NCBI RefSeq assembly: GCF_000150275.1
Contig: NW_002060991.1
Coordinates: 23,589 to 41,254, forward strand
Direction of reading: 5' to 3'
Length of the DNA: 17,666 nucleotides
DNA from: Trichoplax adhaerens
Taxonomy: Eukaryota > Animalia > Placozoa
The notes under the pieces are model-generated. The model worked only from the letters and a program-made list of their open reading frames with translations, did not search any database and was not told where the DNA came from. Position numbers and translations under genes: made by a program. Position 1 is the first letter of the stretch, and every line of letters starts with the position of its first letter. Below, piece by piece: positions 8,759 to 16,600 of the stretch.

Positions 8759-9889
8759 TTATATAAAACTATTATGAATCTTTTCATACTGTTCTTTAGT
8801 AATTATGTTATCATTATACAATATATCAATTATATTTATGGCCTCATTATTTAATTGTTGATTACTATTTCCTGCTTCCTTCGCTCCTAAAATTACCTCT
8901 AGTCGATTACATAACTGATCTGGATTACTATAGTGCTTATATTGTATTTTTTCAGTATTCGACGATTTATTGTCACGGCCAATCTTGGTTTTCATGCTTC
9001 TACTGTTCATAGGTACACCAGATAATTCCACAAGCTTAGTAAATAATTTTTGAGCCTTATCGCTATATGTCTTTTTAGGATTGTACCTCTTCGTTAATAA
9101 ATCATAAAATGTATTATCAAATTTCCTGCTAAGCACTTTTCGTCCATTGTGATCATAAGCTTCTAGTTTCATTTGTATCAGTTTATTTGGATCTATATAT
9201 AAATCACCAAAATACGAATTATTAGCTAATGAATAAGGATCTCTCATAGTATGTTTTACATTTTTTTTTATAGATATTCCGTACCCTGATTGTGATCCTT
9301 CTTCTCGTATTGGATCTAACTGTTGCAAATTCTTTTCACGAACTACTGCTAAATATTTACTTAGAGTTAGTTGTTCTTGTTTTACTATTTGGTATTTAAC
9401 AGAGTTATTTTTTCTAGATGCATGAGTAGCTTGTGCTGTTAAACTGTTAATTTTTCTTCTAATAGATTTTATATCTTGAGGTTTGCTTAATGTGGGATCA
9501 AAACCATTTTTTTTTATAGTCTCGATTTCTTGAGGGTTAAATCTTCCTTGAAGGCCATCTTGGGAATGACTGTCCAACCATTGTTGCACTGAACTGTCTT
9601 CAGACTGTCGTTGTGATATGGTACTACTAAGTGATTCAATATTACTAGATAATGCTTCTTGATTTTTTTGTAACTGCTCAAGAAGTTTATCCTGTCGATT
9701 ATCTTCTTTTTTTTGAACTTCTTCAATTTTCTTTACAACAGGTTTTTGTAATTTTGTAGTAGATTCTTGGAATGATTGCTCGTTTAATTTTTGGTTTAGT
9801 TGTTGCTGTTTTAATATTGATCTATTCTTAAGAAAAGTATTAATTACTCTCTTTCTATCTTCCACTGTCTCTATCGTGTCAAAAGGCAT
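8759..9889 (-). CDS. Polinton conserved protein (coiled-coil N-terminus), function unknown
   Basis: Gln/Lys-rich coiled coil, central QSGYG, and C-terminal Y-x-NP-x2-L-x2-RL...GAKEAGN, a motif I recognise from Polinton ORFs near the ATPase. Confidence 0.7.
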   Translation of the reverse strand: MPFDTIETVEDRKRVINTFLKNRSILKQQQLNQKLNEQSFQESTTKLQKPVVKKIEEVQKKEDNRQDKLLEQLQKNQEALSSNIESLSSTISQRQSEDSSVQQWLDSHSQDGLQGRFNPQEIETIKKNGFDPTLSKPQDIKSIRRKINSLTAQATHASRKNNSVKYQIVKQEQLTLSKYLAVVREKNLQQLDPIREEGSQSGYGISIKKNVKHTMRDPYSLANNSYFGDLYIDPNKLIQMKLEAYDHNGRKVLSRKFDNTFYDLLTKRYNPKKTYSDKAQKLFTKLVELSGVPMNSRSMKTKIGRDNKSSNTEKIQYKHYSNPDQLCNRLEVILGAKEAGNSNQQLNNEAINIIDILYNDNIITKEQYEKIHNSFI

Positions 9890-10075
9890 ATGTATATAGT
9901 ATATATATTAAAGTTAGATAAAATTACATATAATGTAAAAATATACTAAATATTTTATTCAAACTATATATAAGATTGTAATTTTGCAGTAAGTTACAGT
10001 AAAAATTTCGTAAGATAATGTAAAAAATATATCGTATTCATTTTACACTCTAGCATTTATCTTATAAGATATATA

Positions 10076-10750
10076 TTATGGTACATAGAAACCATCGAAT
10101 CCCTTACGATAAATTTCTGGAATATACTTTGTGTTTTTATCAATAACCATAAATGTGTATGGTTGTTCTGTTGCTTCTATGTAGATATTTTTAAACTCAC
10201 TTTTACTAATACCTTTGGCATGATCTTCTGTAATATTTCTAATATCTCTATTATCTAATCCACCAAACAGAATAAAGCATTTAGTATTTCTTCTAATATA
10301 TTTAGGAACATCATAGTAACTTTGGGTCAAGTAGATACAATTACAATTTTTGTTTCTACTTAAACTAAAATATTCCTTAATTTTGTTCATGTTTTTAGAA
10401 TCAATTTTTATATCATCGAAAACAATTACTTTCTGCATCTCTGAATCTAGCTCCTCTACTGGTATTACCTCTTCAGGATTCTCAATGCTCAATGTATAAT
10501 GTTCATCATCTAATTCACTATTTAACATATCATAGAATGACTGCAATAATTCATACTTTTCCTGATCTGGATTAATAGTGTATACAACACAATCATCATA
10601 GTTTAACCATTGCATCAACATATTCAGTAATAAATTTGTTTTACCTTGACCAGTACTTCCAACTATCAAATAGTGACAATCAGGTAATAGAAAGTGATGT
10701 TTATATATTACTCCAACTCCTTTTTTGTCGTCAAAATTGATTATATCCAT
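10076..10750 (-). CDS. Genome packaging ATPase (A32/FtsK-HerA superfamily)
   Basis: Walker A GSTGQGKT, Walker B VIVFDD, SRNKNCNCIYLTQSY and IRRN motifs; 224 aa. Confidence 0.95.
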   Translation of the reverse strand: MDIINFDDKKGVGVIYKHHFLLPDCHYLIVGSTGQGKTNLLLNMLMQWLNYDDCVVYTINPDQEKYELLQSFYDMLNSELDDEHYTLSIENPEEVIPVEELDSEMQKVIVFDDIKIDSKNMNKIKEYFSLSRNKNCNCIYLTQSYYDVPKYIRRNTKCFILFGGLDNRDIRNITEDHAKGISKSEFKNIYIEATEQPYTFMVIDKNTKYIPEIYRKGFDGFYVP

Positions 10751-10779
10751 ATTTTATATAATATATATGTATATTATAA
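10751..10779. promoter_or_regulatory. Putative 29-bp bidirectional TA-rich promoter
   Basis: Almost pure A/T spacer between the divergent ATGs of the ATPase (10750, -) and fibre-like (10780, +) genes. Confidence 0.45.
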
Positions 10780-11883
10780 ATGAGTTATACAATCTTTGGT
10801 ACTTTACATAATCAGCATAATGAGGTTATAAAAGTTCGTGGACTCAAAGGTAATGGATATAAAATTAATGATGATGGTGATTACGATTTAGAAAGCAAAA
10901 GATTGACGAATTTATCATCAAATGTAGTGGATGACTCAGATGCGACAAATAAACAATACGTTGACAGTAGAATTGATACAAAAGTTTCTAAATCAGGGGA
11001 TGTATTATATGGAAATTTGGATATGAATAAGAACTGTATCAAAAATTTACATGACATAGATCCGAATGATGACGGTGCAATTGCAATAAATAAAAGATAT
11101 CTAGAAACTTATTATCTTGATAAAAGGTCTTTTATGATGAATAAATATTTTTCTGGAATACCAGTTGAAGATTTGTCGTTATTTTTTTTACCTAATATTA
11201 ACTTATGCGAAGTTTACAAAAAAGATAAATGTATGAGTTTACTAGATCCTATCAATCAAATTAAATTAGTTCAAAATGTTAAATTAAAACAACCTTCTTA
11301 CTTAATTGATCAAGAACATATACCTTATATCGCATTTGACGGAAAAAATAATTCCATGGCAGGTGAATTAAAATATGAAACTATGAATCATCATGGGGCT
11401 ACTACGTTCTTCTTAGTTGTTGCTACTAAGGGATTAAAAAATCAAACTCAATTTAGCTGGAGCGTTAAGAATCGAAACGGTGGTTATAATATCAACAAGA
11501 GATTAGGAGTTCATTTGCCATGGTCTGATGGTACTACATATATAGATCATGGGTCAGTTAATAATTACAGAATGCAATATAAAGATAGTACATTAACAGA
11601 TGAGATGATTAATAAAATAGTTCTTTGGAGCTATAGATGCACTGGTAAAAGAGCATCGTTATGGTTAAATCAAAATCATCTATATTCTGAAGATGAAAAA
11701 CATATTTCATCTGATCTGTTTGATACAGGAATATTTACCCTAGGGAATGGTTATCATGTCTCAGAACATTGTAGTATGGATTTCTATGGTCTGTTATTCT
11801 ATAACAGAGCTTTGACTGATGAGGAAATGAATAAAATGCAAATATATTTGAGAACATTTTTCAAATTTAATTATGTGGATTAA
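10780..11883 (+). CDS. Putative fibre/receptor-binding protein with C-terminal ConA/LamG-like head
   Basis: Two fibre-shaft-like units (LTNL...DATNKQYVD; GNLDMN..IKNL...AINKRYLE). The beta-rich C-terminus has IAFDG, LWLN and YNRALTDEEM, typical of LamG-3-like domains. Confidence 0.65.
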   Translation: MSYTIFGTLHNQHNEVIKVRGLKGNGYKINDDGDYDLESKRLTNLSSNVVDDSDATNKQYVDSRIDTKVSKSGDVLYGNLDMNKNCIKNLHDIDPNDDGAIAINKRYLETYYLDKRSFMMNKYFSGIPVEDLSLFFLPNINLCEVYKKDKCMSLLDPINQIKLVQNVKLKQPSYLIDQEHIPYIAFDGKNNSMAGELKYETMNHHGATTFFLVVATKGLKNQTQFSWSVKNRNGGYNINKRLGVHLPWSDGTTYIDHGSVNNYRMQYKDSTLTDEMINKIVLWSYRCTGKRASLWLNQNHLYSEDEKHISSDLFDTGIFTLGNGYHVSEHCSMDFYGLLFYNRALTDEEMNKMQIYLRTFFKFNYVD

Positions 11884-11898
11884 TATTATAGACGCATA

Positions 11899-12396
11899 AT
11901 GGAAAACAAAGTGGATAACATATTTAACTTCAATAGTATATCTGATCAATTATCATCTGAAGAAATAGATTTCTTGAAAAAATTGTATGCTTACTATCAT
12001 AAGAAAACATGGTGTTATAAACGTGCATATAAATACCTTAAACATAAGGACTTATTTTTGAGTGTCTCTGCTATTTTCTTAACAGCATTAGGTGGAGCTG
12101 TATCAGCAGCAACAATAAATTTTATTCCCTTACCAACTATATCACTGGTAGGTATCGTCTTACATGGGTATAATAAAAAGAAAAATTATAAAAAAAGAAT
12201 AGAGCTATGTAAATTTGCTTATACAAGCTATCAAAAAGTTTTGATTGATTTACGAAGTTATTTAAGGGGAGATCAATATGATTCTGATCAGGTAATTCAT
12301 CATCTTAATTGGATAGATAAGGAAATAACAGATTTATGTCCTCCTATAGATGATTACTATAACAAACGCTATGATAAATATCATATTATTAATTAA
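11899..12396 (+). CDS. Small two-TM membrane protein (SLATT-like topology)
   Basis: Hydrophobic hairpin LFLSVSAIFLTALGGAVSAATINFIPLPTISLVGIVL flanked by basic helices. Confidence 0.65.
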   Translation: MENKVDNIFNFNSISDQLSSEEIDFLKKLYAYYHKKTWCYKRAYKYLKHKDLFLSVSAIFLTALGGAVSAATINFIPLPTISLVGIVLHGYNKKKNYKKRIELCKFAYTSYQKVLIDLRSYLRGDQYDSDQVIHHLNWIDKEITDLCPPIDDYYNKRYDKYHIIN

Positions 12397-12418
12397 TAGA
12401 ATCTTTCTATTGATTAAT
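12388..12418. terminator. 14-bp stem hairpin between convergent genes
   Basis: ATTAATTAATAGAA-TCT-TTCTATTGATTAAT (one T:G pair), overlapping the stop of the 165-aa ORF. The terminator role is inferred. Confidence 0.5.
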
Positions 12419-12461
12419 CATCTATGAAATGATTGAAAATTGTATGGCATAACATATATGT

Positions 12462-13067
12462 TTATGTCGATGGTAGAAATTCCCATCTATTCACCTCACA
12501 TACTGCTTTCCATATATTTTCATAATGGTTTAGTGTCGCCTTAGACTTTGGAAGTTTACATTGTGAAGCTATGTCAGCCCTATGCAATATAATAAGTAGT
12601 TTATGAAAGATATACATTGTATTAATATATCTCTTTCTATTCATCCCTTTTAATATTTCCGATAGCGATATATTAGCTTCTTCGAAGTATCTTAGAAACT
12701 CTCCTAGCTGAAAATCTTTTAATTGAAGTTGATTTAGCTTATTCATTATATGATATTTTCGATGATAAATACTACGTTTTTTCTTTACATACGTATGGTT
12801 ATATTCAGGTACAAAGATGTAACCGTAATGACATCCACATTTGATACATAAATATTCAGTCCCAGTTTGTTCTATAATAGTATCACATTTTCACAAGTCC
12901 ATGGTGTATTCTTAACATCAAAACGAGGACATTCACATCCATAATCAAATATTTCACCACATTTCAAGCAGAAATCATCAAGAGTAAATTTTTTTCTATC
13001 TTTCCTCGACGACTATTTAAAAGAATTAAGATCTGACTTTTAAAAAGTCAGATAATGGAAAATCCAT
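12462..13067 (-). pseudogene. VLTF3-like (poxvirus A2-type late transcription factor) gene, frameshifted
   Basis: C-terminus LPKSKATL...IWKAVC...WEFLPS is VLTF3-like. The frame stays open upstream of 12746 to 12890 (KCDTIIEQTGTEYLCIKCGCHYGY...RSIYHRKYHI). The adjacent frame continues with CLKCGE..CEC...WTC. Candidate start is the TA-preceded ATG at 13067. Confidence 0.7.
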
Positions 13068-13182
13068 TACATATAATGATTTACATACGATGTCGACGTA
13101 TCTGTCGTCATCAGATGAATCAATATCGTCATTCGAATTACTATCGTCTGGGATATCAGAATCATGATTAGATAAATCGTTA

Positions 13183-13503
13183 TTAATTTTCGGATGTAAA
13201 TTTTCTGCTTCTTTTTTTTTGGCTCTCTTTGAAACAACTATCTGGTATTTCATCAACATAATCGAATTTGTATTTCTTACCATCAACTTTAGATTTACCA
13301 GATTTACAGCGGTTAGTCTTATCACAAGACATTTTAATAATGCCACAATTAATACCTAACTTTTTTTGACAGTTATATATGGAATGATAATATGATACCT
13401 CATCTGTATCAATACAAGTTGCTTTTATCTTCTTCACATTCTCGTGATTTTTTGAAACAAATGAATAATCCCGGTTTTTTACTGACTTTGTACAATGTTT
13501 CAT
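13183..13503 (-). CDS. NUMOD1-like DNA-binding protein (no nuclease domain)
   Basis: KKIKAT..DTDEVSYYHSIY..QKKLGIN.GII...C...YKFDY matches the NUMOD1 pattern of HNH homing endonucleases. Probable start is the ATG at 13503 after TATATATAAAA (the track extends to 13542). Confidence 0.6.
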   Translation of the reverse strand: MKHCTKSVKNRDYSFVSKNHENVKKIKATCIDTDEVSYYHSIYNCQKKLGINCGIIKMSCDKTNRCKSGKSKVDGKKYKFDYVDEIPDSCFKESQKKRSRKFTSEN

Positions 13504-13653
13504 TTTTATATATATAGTGTTCATAAAATATTCTTTAAGCATTAGCTATGATACATTGAAATACATAATGATACACAATGTTTTTCAGTAAATTTACAAA
13601 GAAATTGCTTAAAGAAATGCTTAAAGAAATTTTTATATATATAATATATAGAA

Positions 13654-16600
13654 ATGCAAAAGAAGGAATTGAAAAAATTATCGAAAAAAGAGTTAACAAA
13701 CATTGTATCGAGTAGATCACATAACACCAAATCCACTAAACGTACTAAACCTATTAAATTAAAAGAAGGTTATGAGATTAATCCTACGACTGGTAGACAA
13801 ATTAAAATCAATGGTCCAACATATAGAAAGATCCATAATAAATCAAAAGAAGGTTATGTGATTAATCCTAAGACAGGTAGGCAAATTAAAATCAATGGTT
13901 CAACGTATAGGAAGATCCATAATAAATCAAAAGAAGGTTATGAGATTAATCCTAAGACAGGCAGATTTATTAAAATTGATGGTCTGGTTCATAGACGGAT
14001 GAGAAAAGAAATGCAACAAGAAATAAAAATGAAGGAGCCAGAAATATATTCTATGACCGTTTTGTTATTTAGACGAGTAGATGAATCTAGTAAGATGAAA
14101 AAAATTGCCTTCACAAGTAAGGATGGATATCGTTATATTTTGATTGCGAAACGTATTCTTAACATATCAATGAAAAAATGTATCGATCTCTATCTTAACA
14201 AACGAATTTACAGGAAAGAGGATGGTAAATATAACGAACAGTTCACTGAACTTATTGATCAATTGATATCTTCAATAGATTTTGAAGAATTATGGGATAA
14301 ATGTGGTCATTATACCGATTGTATTATAATAAAATCTGCTTCGAAATGTCCTAATCTGGGTGAAAATGTTGACGTATTAGAGGAGGAATTACATCTTACA
14401 AATACAGAAATGGGTGTTTATGATAAATATCTTAACTTTGATCTAAATCAAGAAGTTCTATCAGATACACGAGCTAATAGCTGTTTTGTGAATTTGATTG
14501 TTAGCAAATTTGAGGCTGCATTTGGTAAAGTTAGGAAAGATGGAACAAAGTATTATAGATTTAATCTGACTCATGAAAGCCTATGTGAGATTTGTGGTAT
14601 CAATTATCAAGAAGATAATATAGGCTTGTCTGTAAATAAATCACTTGCATTCTTTAAGAAATTTAGGATCGGATTATGTGTGTATGGGCCATTTGGACGA
14701 CTATTAAAGTACAGTCCAGAACATCCAAATAAAAAAATAAATCCGAGAAATTTGTACATCTATATTCACAACAAACATTGCTATGAAATCAATAATAATA
14801 TCAAAAAATTCGAACAGGTTGTTTGGCGACCAAATGATGATGTCTCATCTGAATTAAAATCTTTGAAGGTTTCAAATGAATACTATATCAGAGATACGAA
14901 TATCCACACAAATAGAGCACTATTTATTGATGACTGTGAACAGATGATAAGATATCTAGATGATAAAGATAATGATGAAATAAAACTTGTAACATTTGTA
15001 TATAACGAAGATACACTAGATACTTTCTTGTTTGAGATTATTGAGAAAATGAATTATACACCTGAGATTAATTTCAATTATGGTAAAATAATGACACTAA
15101 AATTAAAATATAACAAAATAATAGCAGTAATAACGGCTCCTGATATTAAACAAAATGATGTTGATATGGAAATTGACGAAAAAAGTTACGAAACATTTCA
15201 TAAAGTGGATGATGAATTTTACAAAGGTTTATTACAAAAAAATCATTTGTCGTGCTATAATCAGACTATTATGGACCTTGAAAATGTGTTGAAAATATCA
15301 CCAATGGGCGGTTATTTTGATAATTGCATGGTATATAATGAGCTGTTAGGAATAGATAGTAGAAAGGCTTATACTAGTGATTTTATGAACATTGAATTTT
15401 ATCCTGTCTTTAACCATTTCGATGTGTGGCAGAGTTACGATGGACATGCAGTTGAAGACTATACACAGTATATCGTTGAAACTAAACGTTGCCATCCTAT
15501 TCTGTTTAATGCAAAATTTTCTAGATGTTACGGGATAAAGTTAAATAAAATAAGATTTAATGATGTAGAAATTCTTTACTATAGAAGACCTTCGAATTTA
15601 GTCAAAAGTAATAGCGAGCACCTTGTGAAGGCTGTCTATGAATCTGACCTGCCTCTTGATTGTAAGAAATTCATCGTTAACAAAAATTTAGGGCTAATAG
15701 AAAAGAAGAGAAATGTAAAAACAATTACAAAGGTCTTTAAAAATTACGATGAGGCATTCTATTATCAAAACTCGTTAGATAATGGCCAGATTTATACGAT
15801 TACGGGAAACAGCATAAATACAGAATTGGAAGAGTTAGAAGAAGAAGAGAAGAATAAATTGTATTTGCTATGTATATCTGAAGAAAGAACTTTAATTAAT
15901 GGATTTTTACCAATTAAAGAACTTGTATATGATATCAGATCTATTAAAAATTATATGACGTATAAAAAATTAATTCGTGCTAATATTGAAGTTCGTGGCA
16001 TTAAGACTGATAGTCTGCTAATTGACAATAGTAGGGATAATAAATCCAAAGTGAAAAAGCTCTTTGATTTCAGCAATAAAATTGGCTGTTTTAAACTCGA
16101 GACATGTAATTATTTAATAGATAAGAAATTACAATGGATCGAAAATGAATTACCGCAAATTGCACAAATAACTATCACAGAGCATGAGATTAAAGATGAA
16201 AGAGACACGGATGAGATTAATAATGTGTTTAAAAAATATAACACATTTATTAAAGGATCATTACCTGGTGTTGGTAAAACAACTTGTGCCAAAATGAATC
16301 CGTATATAAAAACTCTTTTTGTTAGTCCTTATAATAAACTGTGCCAGGAGTTACGAAAAAGTAGTCACGATGCGGTAACTCTAAATATGTTACTTGGAAT
16401 TGGAATCGATGATAAACACATAAAAATGAAAAACTTTAACATTGAGCCATATGATTGTATCGTTTTTGATGAGATTTTATTATATAATCCCTATCAACTG
16501 TATTTAATTAAAATGTTCATGAAAAAGAATGCTGAAAAAAGATATTTATGTACTGGTGATGTTGATCAAAGAAAGCCATTTACTTTCGGTACAAACAATA

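Noticed and set aside
4164-9726. Short ORFs 4164-4373, 5004-5195, 7389-7682 and 9514-9726
   Set aside because: Antisense or alternate-frame shadows of well-supported genes.
13026-13346. 106-aa ORF as an independent gene
   Set aside because: Its first half overlaps the NUMOD1 ORF out of frame, and its end is better explained as the start of the broken VLTF3-like gene.
13535-13736. Two hydrophobic 61-64-aa ORFs
   Set aside because: They are the antisense of the A-rich replicase start and AAAGAAAT repeats; the hydrophobicity is a compositional artefact.
16110-16292. 60-aa antisense ORF
   Set aside because: Shadow of the helicase domain.
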